A DNA stretch of 32,000 nucleotides, from positions 2,190,001 through 2,222,000 of the forward strand of contig NZ_CP010904.1 of NCBI RefSeq assembly GCF_001017655.1, in the 5' to 3' direction. A program made the position numbers and the translations under genes. Under the pieces are notes generated by a model that was not told the origin of the DNA, did no database searches, and was given only the letters and a program-made list of their open reading frames with translations. Shown in pieces: positions 7,184 through 14,869 of the stretch (positions are counted from its first letter, which is position 1; every line of letters starts with the position of its first letter). Source of the stretch: Kiritimatiella glycovorans (GTDB lineage Bacteria; Verrucomicrobiota; Kiritimatiellia; Kiritimatiellales; Kiritimatiellaceae).

Positions 7184-8110
7184 ATGACACGTCCAGCCAT
7201 TGCCGAAACCATCCGATCCGGAACGCGCCTCGTGTCGGACGGCGCCTGGGGCACCCTGCTCCAGCAGCGCGGACTTCAGGCCGGGGAATGCCCGGAGGGC
7301 TGGGTCCTGACCCGCCCCGACGACGTCCGCGACGCGGGCCGCGCCTATATCGAGGCGGGCGCCGACATGATTCAGGCGAACACATTCGGCGGGACGCGCC
7401 TCAAGCTCGCACACTACGATCTCGCCGAAAAGGCCGCCGAAATCAATGAGCGCGGCGCCGCGCTCTCCCGCGAGGCCGCCGGTGAGGATCACTGGGTCAT
7501 CGCGTCGATGGGACCGACCGGCCGCATGCTGCTGATGGGAGATATCACCGAAGAGGACATGTACGAGGCGTTCCGCGAGCAGGCGGTGGCCCTCGAGCGC
7601 GGGGGCGCCGACGCCGCCTGCGTGGAGACGATGAGCGACGTGCAGGAGGCCGCCCTCGCGATACGGGCCGTGCGCGAGAACACCGCCCTCGAGATCATCT
7701 CCACATTCACGTTTGAGAAGTCGGTGCAGGGCGAATACCGCACGATGATGGGCGTCGCGCCCGCGGAGGCCGCACAGGCGGCGCTCGACGCCGGTGCGGC
7801 GGTCATCGGGTCCAACTGCGGCAACGGCATCGCCGGCATGGTCGAAATCGTAAGCAGTCTGCGCGAATCGTACCCGGAAGCGCCCATCCTCATCCACGCC
7901 AATGCGGGCATCCCGCGGACGGAGGGCGACCGGACGATCTTCCCGGAAACGCCCGAGGAAATGGGCCGCCAGGTTCCCGCGCTGCTCGACGCCGGCGCGT
8001 CGATCATCGGCGGCTGCTGCGGGACCGGACCCGACCACATTCGCGCCGTGCGCGCGGCGGTCGACTCGCGGAGCGGTCAAGCGTCGGAGCCGGAAGACTG
8101 CAGTTCGTAG
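7184..8110 (+). CDS. Homocysteine S-methyltransferase-domain protein (standalone MetH N-terminal/Hcy-binding module, Pfam S-methyl_trans-like)
   Basis: ATG at 7184 is preceded by GGAGG. DGAWGTLLQ, ANTFGG and the zinc-ligand Cys motifs GSNCG and IGGCCGTGP are typical of Hcy-binding domains. Confidence 0.8.
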   Translation: MTRPAIAETIRSGTRLVSDGAWGTLLQQRGLQAGECPEGWVLTRPDDVRDAGRAYIEAGADMIQANTFGGTRLKLAHYDLAEKAAEINERGAALSREAAGEDHWVIASMGPTGRMLLMGDITEEDMYEAFREQAVALERGGADAACVETMSDVQEAALAIRAVRENTALEIISTFTFEKSVQGEYRTMMGVAPAEAAQAALDAGAAVIGSNCGNGIAGMVEIVSSLRESYPEAPILIHANAGIPRTEGDRTIFPETPEEMGRQVPALLDAGASIIGGCCGTGPDHIRAVRAAVDSRSGQASEPEDCSS

Positions 8111-9846
8111 TACCGCGCGTAGTGGCCGCCGAGGCGGATCAGCTCGTCGTGCGTCCCCTCTTCAATGATCCGCCCGTCTTCGATGAAACAGATGCGGTCG
8201 GCATTGACGATGGTGCTGAGCCGATGCGCGATCACGAAACAGGTCTTGTCCTTCATCACCCGCTCCAGCGCCTCCTGGATGAGACGTTCGGTCTCGGAAT
8301 CCACGGACGAGGTGGCTTCGTCGAGAATCAGGATCGGCGGGTTTTTCACGATCGCGCGCGCGATCGAGATGCGCTGTCCCTGTCCTTCGGAGATCTTCAC
8401 CCCGCGCTGGCCGAGTTCGGTGTCGTATCCGTCTGAAAGCCGCTGCGCGAACTCGTCGACGTTCGCCTGCCGCGCCGCCTCCTTGATCTCCTCGGGCGTG
8501 GCCTCGAGCCGTCCGTAGGCAATGTTGTTGTAGAGCGTGTCCGAGAACAGAAAATCGTCCTGCATGACCAGGCCCACATTCCGGCGCAGGGACGGGAGCT
8601 TGATGCGGTTGACGTCCACACCGTCGATGCGGAGCGTTCCTTCGTAAGGCTCGTAGAACCGGGGGATCAGCCGGGTCAGCGTGGTCTTGCCCGTTCCGCT
8701 CGGCCCCACCAGCGCCACGGTCTCGCCGGGCGGCACCTTCAGGCGGATATCCCTGAGCACGGGCGTCGTGTCGTAGCGGAACCAGACGCCGTCGAATTCG
8801 ACCTCCCCCCGCGCCCGGCCCAGATCGACGGCGTCCTCCACGTCGGTGATGTCCGGTTCGCGGTCCATGAACGAGAAATAGCGCTCCACGCCCGCGAAAT
8901 ACTGGATCAGGGCCTCGTTGATCAGGAACAGCATCAGCAGCGGGAACATCAGACGCTGGAGGTACATGACGAACGCCGCCAGCGTACCCACGGTCATCGC
9001 GTCGGGATTGAGGATCGCCGTGCGCCCTCCGAGTCCCAGCGCGAGGGCCAGGGCGAACCCGAGGATCAGGATGGACGTGGGAAACAGCCAGGACCACCAG
9101 AAGATCGCCTTCATGCGGCTGCGATAGTGGCCCCGGTTCTCCTGCTCGAAGCGGTCCATCTCATGGGATTCGCGCACGAACGACTGGATGATGCGCACGC
9201 CGGAGAGGTTCTCCTCAGCCTGCGAAGACAACGAGGCCTTGTGTTCGCGCACCCGGCGTTCGGCGCCGAACATGCGCCGCGAGACCCACCACGCCACGAA
9301 GGCGACCAGGGCGACAATGACCATGCACACCGCCGCCAGCGACGGATGAAGCATCAGCAGCAGCGCGGCCGTCAGCACCAGCGTCACGGTATTGGTCACC
9401 CACGTCTGCGGCGCGTGATACAGGACCTCCTCGCCGCGGTTGAGATCGTCGATCAGCCGCGAAACCAGCTCCCCGACCCTGATGTTGTCGTGGAAGGAGA
9501 AGGACAGCTTCTGCAGGTGCCAGTAGAGATTGTTGCGCAGCCGGTAGGTGACCCGCTGCGCGACCATGTGGCCGATGTAGTGGCGGAACCAGTCGATCAC
9601 CGCCGCCAGGGCGAAGATGGCCATCAGCGCGCCCGCGGCAAGCCAAACCAGGCCGATGTCCTTTTGCGGGATCGCACGGTCGATCACCGCGCGCACGACC
9701 AGCGGCGGCAGAACGAGGAGGATCGCAAAGAGCACGTGCAGCACCCAGATCCCGTAGAACTTTCCCCTGTAGGGAGGCAACCCTTCGCGGTGAAACCGCG
9801 CAAACAGCCCCAGCGTCTCGCGCATCTGTCGTATGCTCTTCATCAT
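8077..9846 (-). CDS. ABC exporter, fused 6-TM permease plus ATPase (MsbA/type-1 exporter family)
   Basis: It starts MMKSIRQMRETL (ATGATG at 9846). The ATPase half has Walker A GPSGTGKTT, signature ISEGQGQRISIARA and Walker B ILILDEATS. At 589 aa it is a typical length. The track ORF extends to 10842 only because the repeat DNA lacks stops. Confidence 0.85.
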   Translation of the reverse strand: MMKSIRQMRETLGLFARFHREGLPPYRGKFYGIWVLHVLFAILLVLPPLVVRAVIDRAIPQKDIGLVWLAAGALMAIFALAAVIDWFRHYIGHMVAQRVTYRLRNNLYWHLQKLSFSFHDNIRVGELVSRLIDDLNRGEEVLYHAPQTWVTNTVTLVLTAALLLMLHPSLAAVCMVIVALVAFVAWWVSRRMFGAERRVREHKASLSSQAEENLSGVRIIQSFVRESHEMDRFEQENRGHYRSRMKAIFWWSWLFPTSILILGFALALALGLGGRTAILNPDAMTVGTLAAFVMYLQRLMFPLLMLFLINEALIQYFAGVERYFSFMDREPDITDVEDAVDLGRARGEVEFDGVWFRYDTTPVLRDIRLKVPPGETVALVGPSGTGKTTLTRLIPRFYEPYEGTLRIDGVDVNRIKLPSLRRNVGLVMQDDFLFSDTLYNNIAYGRLEATPEEIKEAARQANVDEFAQRLSDGYDTELGQRGVKISEGQGQRISIARAIVKNPPILILDEATSSVDSETERLIQEALERVMKDKTCFVIAHRLSTIVNADRICFIEDGRIIEEGTHDELIRLGGHYARYYELQSSGSDA

Positions 9847-9919
9847 CAAACGTCCCGTGCGTAAAAGCGGCCTATTTTCTCCGCCCGCCGCCGCGCGTGC
9901 AAGGCGATAACGCGAAAAC

Positions 9920-10381
9920 GGGGAAACTCGTGGCAACCGTGGCAACGCCACGCCTGGCGGCGGGCTCGGCGTCGTCGGAAAACTCGGGGAAACTCGTGGC
10001 AACCGTGGCAACGCCACGCCCGGCGGCGATGCTCGGCGTCGTCGGAAAACCCGGGGAAATTCGTGGCAATCGTGGCAACGCCACGCCTGGCGGCGGGCTC
10101 GGCGTCGTCGGAAATCCCGGGGAAATTCGTGGCAACCGTGGCAACGCCCCGCCCGGCGGCGGGCTCGGCATCGTCGGAAAACCCGGGGAAACTCGTGGCA
10201 ACCGTGGCAACGCCCCGCCCGGCGGCGGGCTCGGCGTCGTCGGAAAACCCGGGGAAAATCGTGGCAACCGTGGCAACGCCACGCCTGGCGGCGGGCTCGG
10301 CGTTGTCGGAAAACCCGGGGAAATTCGTGGCAATCGTGGCAACGCCCCGCCTGGCGGCGGTGCTCGGCAAAATCGCTCCCC
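9920..10381 (+). repeat. Tandem array of 7 x 66-67-bp G-rich repeats
   Basis: Units start at 9920, 9986, 10053, 10119, 10185, 10251 and 10317. The unit is GGGGAAAYTCGTGGCAAYCGTGGCAACGCCMCGCCYGGCGGCGGGCTCGGCGTCGTCGGAAAAYCC. It contains a CGTGGCAA doublet and, in units with CGCCACG, a hairpin CGTGGC-AAC-GCCACG. Confidence 0.95.
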
Positions 10382-10800
10382 CGATTGCCACGCTCTCCCC
10401 CCGACTGCCACGACTTCCACGATCCCCCGACTGCCACGCTCTCTCCCCGATTTCCACGACTCCCCGCTCCCCCGATTGCCACGCTCTCCCCCCGCTCCCC
10501 CGACTGCCCCGATTTCCACGACTCCCCGCTCCCCCGACTGCCACGCTCTCCCCCCGACTGCCACGATTTCCACGATCCCCCCGATTGCCACGATTTCCAC
10601 GATCTCTCCCCGCTCCCCCGACTGCCACGATTCCCACGATCTCTCCCCGCTCCCCCCGACTGCCACGATTTCCACGATCCCCCGATTGCCACGCTCTCCC
10701 CCCGACTGCCACGATTTCCACGATCCCCCCGATTTCCACGACTGCCACGATCTTTCCCCGCTCCCCCCGACTGCCACGATTCCCACGATCCCCCCGCCCC
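10382..10800 (+). repeat. C-rich block of short degenerate repeats carrying the inverse motif (C/T)TGCCACG / TTTCCACG
   Basis: CCACG occurs 23 times in about 420 bp, for example CCGATTGCCACGATTTCCACGATC. The units resemble the reverse complement of the GGGGAAATTCGTGGCAATCGTGGCAACG part of the 66-bp unit. Strand G/C skew flips at about 10381. Confidence 0.9.
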
Positions 10801-10847
10801 CGCTCCCGGATTGATCCGCGGCCTTCGATCCTGCATGCTCACCGGTG

Positions 10848-11567
10848 ATGAGTTGTATCACCCCATGGCACCGGCCCCCGCGCCTGTCCGGGATCGATCC
10901 GCGGCTCCGTCTGGGGGCGGCGGCGGCGTTCGCTGTGACGGCGGCGGTGTGCGACTCCACGCTGGCGCCGGCCGTGATGCTGTCCTTTTTCGTCCTGCTG
11001 GCCCTCGCGGAACAATTTCCGCTCCCGTCGCTGATGCGGCGTCTTCTTCCGCTGAATGTCTTTCTGTTGTTCGTCTCGCTGACGGTCGTATTCAGCGGGG
11101 CCGGCGGGGCGGCCACGGTGGCTGAAATCTACATCAAGGGTAATGCGATCATGCTCAACATCGTGCTGCTGATGGGCAGCATGGACATCTTCACGCTCGC
11201 GCACGCCCTGCAGCATTGTCACGTGTCGCCCAAAGCGGTCCAGGTACTGCTCTTCAGCTCGCGCTACCTGGAACTGATCCAGCATCGCGAGTACAACCGG
11301 ATCTACGACGCGATGCGGTCGCGCGGGTTCAGGCCGGCACTCAATCTTCATACGCTGCGCTGTTACGGGATGCTCACCGGCCAGCTCCTGATCCGGGGGC
11401 ACGACCGCGCCGAACACATCCTGCAGGCCATGCGCTGCAGGGGCTTCAACGGCGTCTTTCATCCGCTCGACGATCTCGAATTCCGGCGGCGTGATCTCTA
11501 TGCCGCGCTCACCGCCGCCGCGCTGTTCATCACCCTTGTTCTGCTGGAAACCGGAGTGACGCCATGA
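10848..11567 (+). CDS. cbiQ: ECF transporter transmembrane (T) component CbiQ/NikQ
   Basis: It carries the twin conserved Ala-Arg-Gly coupling motifs (YDAMRSRGF and LQAMRCRGF) and is polytopic. Its stop overlaps the cbiO start (ATGA). The start could be the ATG at 10848 or the GTG at 10845; neither has a clear SD. Confidence 0.8.
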   Translation: MSCITPWHRPPRLSGIDPRLRLGAAAAFAVTAAVCDSTLAPAVMLSFFVLLALAEQFPLPSLMRRLLPLNVFLLFVSLTVVFSGAGGAATVAEIYIKGNAIMLNIVLLMGSMDIFTLAHALQHCHVSPKAVQVLLFSSRYLELIQHREYNRIYDAMRSRGFRPALNLHTLRCYGMLTGQLLIRGHDRAEHILQAMRCRGFNGVFHPLDDLEFRRRDLYAALTAAALFITLVLLETGVTP

Positions 11568-12205
11568 TCGAAGTCCGCGACCTGCACTTCCATTACGCCG
11601 GCGGCCCGTCCGTGCTGAGCGGATTGAACCTGCGGATCGATCAGGGGGACCGGCTTGGACTCTACGGCGAGAACGGGGCGGGAAAAACCACGCTCTTCCA
11701 CCTCATCATGGGGCTCGAATTTCCCGGACAGGGGCGCGTCATCTGTTTCGGCGAACCCCGCACCACGGAAGCCGAATTCCAGGACGTCCGCCCGCGGATC
11801 GGCCTGCTCTTCCAGGACGCGGAAGACCAGCTCTTCTGTCCCACGGTGCTCGAAGATGTGGCCTTCGGCCCGCTCAACCAGGGGTGCCGCCGTGCGGCGG
11901 CGGAGGAGCGGGTTCAGGAGGCCCTCGAAAAAGTCGGTCTTCCGGGATTCGAGGACCGCCGCATCCACACGCTCTCCGGCGGGGAGAAAAAACGGATCGC
12001 CATCGCCGGGCTGCTCGCAATGAAGCCCGACGTGCTGCTGCTCGACGAACCCGCCGCGCAGCTCGACGCCGCGGGGCTCGAGATCCTGCGCACCATTCTC
12101 CGCGACTGGCACGGCGCGCTCGTCATCGCGTCGCACCGCCCCGTGGTGTTCAAAGAAACCGTGACCCGCGAAGTCTTTCTGAAGAACGGAGTCATTACGG
12201 GATAA
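11564..12205 (+). CDS. cbiO: ECF transporter ATPase CbiO/NikO
   Basis: Walker A GENGAGKTT, Q-loop LLFQD, signature LSGGEKKR and Walker B LLLLDEP. It is translationally coupled to cbiQ. Confidence 0.85.
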   Translation: MIEVRDLHFHYAGGPSVLSGLNLRIDQGDRLGLYGENGAGKTTLFHLIMGLEFPGQGRVICFGEPRTTEAEFQDVRPRIGLLFQDAEDQLFCPTVLEDVAFGPLNQGCRRAAAEERVQEALEKVGLPGFEDRRIHTLSGGEKKRIAIAGLLAMKPDVLLLDEPAAQLDAAGLEILRTILRDWHGALVIASHRPVVFKETVTREVFLKNGVITG

Positions 12206-12216
12206 AGGAGTGGCCG

Positions 12217-13497
12217 ATGTCACGATTAGTGATCGAAGGAGGACACCGGATCGGCGGGTCGTTCGCGCCGCTGGGCAACAAGAACGCCGTGCTGCCGATG
12301 ATCGCCGCGTCGCTGCTGACCGACGAACCGCTGCACCTCCGCAACGTACCGGACATTCGCGACGTGGCGGTGATGCTGGAACTGGTCGAGTCGCTCGGCG
12401 CGGAAGTCCACCGCAATAAACGCGAAGTGGAAATCCGCGCGGCGGGGGTGCGGCACACCGAGGTGCCCGAAGCGCTCTGCCGCCGGGTGCGGACCTCGAT
12501 CCTGCTCGCCGGCCCGCTGGCCGCGCGCCATGGCGAGGCCACGCTGTTCCCGCCCGGCGGCGACGTGATCGGGCGGCGGCGGCTCGACACCCACTTCTAC
12601 GGTCTCCGCAAGCTCGGCATCGAGGTAGACGCCGGAGAGCGGTACCGCTTCCGGAACACCGGGCTGCGCGCCGCCGACCTGCTGCTCGACGAGGCCAGTG
12701 TGACGGCGACGGAGAACATCGTCATGGCCTCCGTCCTGGCGCCGGGCACGACCACCCTCTACAACGCCGCCTGCGAGCCGCACGTGCAGGACCTCTGCCG
12801 CATGCTGAACAAGATGGGCGCGCGCATCTCGAACATCGGCGCCAACCGGCTGACGATCGAGGGCGTCGAGGCGCTGCACGGCGCGGAACACGCGATCTGC
12901 CCGGATCACATCGAACTCGGGAGTTTCGCCGCGGCCGCGGCCATTACCGGCGGGACGCTCGACGTGACCGCGCCCTCCGACCCCGTCACGCTGCGGGTGA
13001 TCCAGAAGTCGTTCGACAAACTGAACCTGCGTTTCGTGCCGCAGCAGGACGGGACCGTACGGGTGCCCGCCCCGGAAACGCTTCGGGTGGAGCACGACTA
13101 CGGCAACGCGATTCCGAAGATCGAGGACGGCATCTGGCCCGCCTTCCCCTCCGACCTGATGAGCGTGGCGATCGTCCTCGCGACACAGGCCGGGGGCACC
13201 ATCCTCTTCTTCGAAAAACTCTTCGAGAGCCGGATGTACTTCATCGACCACCTGCTCGGCATGGGCGCGCACATCGTGCAGTGCGACCCGCACCGCGTCG
13301 TCGTCACCGGCCCCGCCCCGCTGCACGGCACGCGGCTGACCTCGCCGGACATCCGCGCCGGGATGGCGATGATCATTGCTGCGCTGTGTGCGCAGGGGAC
13401 GAGCGTAATCGAAAACGCCGCCATGGTCGACCGCGGCTACGAGGACGTCGACGGCCGCCTGCGCTCACTCGGAGCCGTGATCGAGCGGGAGGACTGA
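12217..13497 (+). CDS. murA: UDP-N-acetylglucosamine 1-carboxyvinyltransferase MurA (Asp at the catalytic Cys115-equivalent position)
   Basis: ATG at 12217 is preceded by AAGGAG. MSRLVIEGGHRIGGSFAPLGNKNAVLPMIAASLL is a typical MurA N-terminus. Length is 426 aa. The active-site loop reads FPPGGDVIGRRRLDTH. The track start at 11884 is an upstream extension overlapping cbiO. Confidence 0.9.
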   Translation: MSRLVIEGGHRIGGSFAPLGNKNAVLPMIAASLLTDEPLHLRNVPDIRDVAVMLELVESLGAEVHRNKREVEIRAAGVRHTEVPEALCRRVRTSILLAGPLAARHGEATLFPPGGDVIGRRRLDTHFYGLRKLGIEVDAGERYRFRNTGLRAADLLLDEASVTATENIVMASVLAPGTTTLYNAACEPHVQDLCRMLNKMGARISNIGANRLTIEGVEALHGAEHAICPDHIELGSFAAAAAITGGTLDVTAPSDPVTLRVIQKSFDKLNLRFVPQQDGTVRVPAPETLRVEHDYGNAIPKIEDGIWPAFPSDLMSVAIVLATQAGGTILFFEKLFESRMYFIDHLLGMGAHIVQCDPHRVVVTGPAPLHGTRLTSPDIRAGMAMIIAALCAQGTSVIENAAMVDRGYEDVDGRLRSLGAVIERED

Positions 13498-13506
13498 GGC
13501 ATGCTT

Positions 13507-13525
13507 CCCCCGGCGACTTCGGGGG
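13507..13525. terminator. Hairpin between convergent murA and tpx (possible bidirectional terminator, no T-run)
   Basis: CCCCCG-GCGACTT-CGGGGG lies between the stop codons at 13497 and 13535. Confidence 0.35.
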
Positions 13526-13534
13526 CCCGGCCGG

Positions 13535-14032
13535 TCAGGCGGAGCGAGCGGCCTCGAGCGCGCGCTCGTAGTCCGGTTCCTCCGTGATCTCGGATACGAG
13601 TTCCGTGTGAAGCACTTTATTCTCCGCGCTCAACACGACGACCGCCCGGCAGGTGAGGCCCTTGAGCGCCCCGTCGACGATCTCCACGCCGTAGTCGCGC
13701 CCGAACGAGGACCGGAAGGTCGACAGCGGCACGACCTCGGTCATCGATTCGCATACGCGTCCGGCCGCGAACGGGAGGTCGGCGGATACGTTGAGCAGGA
13801 CCACGTCGTCGAGATCCGCAACGGCATCGTTGAACTTCTTCGCCATCGTCGAGCACACGGAGGTGTCCAGGCTCGGTGTGATGCTCAGGACTTTCTTTTT
13901 GCCCTCGAAAGCGCCGAGCCCGATATCCTCGAGATCGGTATGGGTCAGCTGGAAATCGGGTGCGGTATCCCCGACAGACGGGAGTTCCCCGCTCGTATTC
14001 ATTTTATTGCCCTTGAATGTTACTTCGGTCAT
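13535..14032 (-). CDS. tpx: Thiol peroxidase Tpx (atypical 2-Cys peroxiredoxin)
   Basis: ATG at 14032 is preceded by GGAGG. It has the peroxidatic Cys context SITPSLDTSVCS and the resolving Cys in AAGRVCES. Length is 165 aa. The track start at 14314 was rejected. Confidence 0.85.
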   Translation of the reverse strand: MTEVTFKGNKMNTSGELPSVGDTAPDFQLTHTDLEDIGLGAFEGKKKVLSITPSLDTSVCSTMAKKFNDAVADLDDVVLLNVSADLPFAAGRVCESMTEVVPLSTFRSSFGRDYGVEIVDGALKGLTCRAVVVLSAENKVLHTELVSEITEEPDYERALEAARSA

Positions 14033-14164
14033 GTCGCCCTCCTCGTTTGAAGACAGTGTAACAGAGAGCGGAAGGGGCACAAAGGGTTTCCGTTTTTCAT
14101 CTACCGCTTGCAGTTGTGGCAATTTTATGTTATTTGGCAATATAGTCTCAAAGGGGGATCTCCA

Positions 14165-14425
14165 ATGGAACTTGTTCTCGATCGCTTCGGACGCGTCCTG
14201 CTGCCCAAATCGCTGCGGCGCGACTACAACCTGCGCCCGGGGAGCCGGCTCTACGTCGACGAAGAAAGCCGGGCGATTATCCTCCGTCCCGAAACGGAAG
14301 AGGAGCCGCTGCACAGGGAGAATGGCGTCCTCGTCTTTGCCGGCGATGCCTGTGGAGATTTGGACAAGGCCCTTGAGCGATCGCGCCGGGAGCGCATGGA
14401 CAAGACGGGCGGCAGGCAGGCGTGA
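14165..14425 (+). CDS. vapB: AbrB/SpoVT-fold antitoxin (VapB-like)
   Basis: MELVLDRFGRVLLPKSLRRDYNLRPGSRLYV has the looped-hinge-helix signature. Its stop overlaps the GTG start of the downstream PIN gene (GTGA). Confidence 0.75.
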   Translation: MELVLDRFGRVLLPKSLRRDYNLRPGSRLYVDEESRAIILRPETEEEPLHRENGVLVFAGDACGDLDKALERSRRERMDKTGGRQA

Positions 14426-14856
14426 ATATCCTCTTCGACACCTCGGTGTTGATCGCGGCTTTTGTCGATACCCATACCGCCCACGGCCCCGCGCTGAAGC
14501 GGCTGGCCGCGGCCCGGCGTGCCGGGGACACGATCATGGTCAGCGCACATTCGCTGGCTGAACTCTATGCGGTCCTGACCCGGCTTCCGCTGCGCCCCCG
14601 CATCCGTCCCTCCACCGCGCGCCGCCTGATCGAGGAAAACACAAGGGACGCCAAGATCGTTACGCTCTCCGCACGGGATTATTACCGGGTGATAGCCCGT
14701 CTGGAGGAAGCCGACATCAGCGGGGGCGTATGTTACGACGCCCTGATCCATCATGCGGCGTGCAAGGCGAAGGCCGAACTCCTGTTGACGCTCAATCCCT
14801 CCGACTTCAACCGCCTGCCGGCCACACGCGGGACCCCGGCGATCGAAGAACCGTAG
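14422..14856 (+). CDS. vapC: PIN-domain ribonuclease toxin (VapC-like)
   Basis: It has the N-terminal ILFDTSVLI with the acidic Asp, later YDALI, and a C-terminal LLTLNPSDF (conserved Asp). It is paired with the upstream antitoxin. Confidence 0.8.
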   Translation: MNILFDTSVLIAAFVDTHTAHGPALKRLAAARRAGDTIMVSAHSLAELYAVLTRLPLRPRIRPSTARRLIEENTRDAKIVTLSARDYYRVIARLEEADISGGVCYDALIHHAACKAKAELLLTLNPSDFNRLPATRGTPAIEEP

Positions 14857-14869
14857 GACGGCCCGACGT

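Noticed and set aside
9920-10800. CRISPR-like or protein-coding interpretation of the 66-bp and short repeats
   Set aside because: The units are contiguous with no unique spacers. ORFs are open in several frames on both strands (9846..10748-, 9872..11116-, 9897..10814+, 10063..10848+, 10385..11125+) and give low-complexity RG/PR/CH peptides. That pattern is expected from stop-free GC-rich repeats.
9847-10842. 332-aa N-terminal extension of the ABC exporter (track ORF 8077..10842, 921 aa)
   Set aside because: The extension is entirely repeat-derived low-complexity sequence. A normal 589-aa exporter starts at the ATGATG at 9846 (MMKSIRQ...), directly ahead of the first TM region.
11884-12216. 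111-aa N-terminal extension of MurA (track ORF 11884..13497)
   Set aside because: The extension overlaps cbiO in another frame and is Arg/Ala-rich. A strong AAGGAG plus the ATG at 12217 gives the canonical MurA N-terminus.
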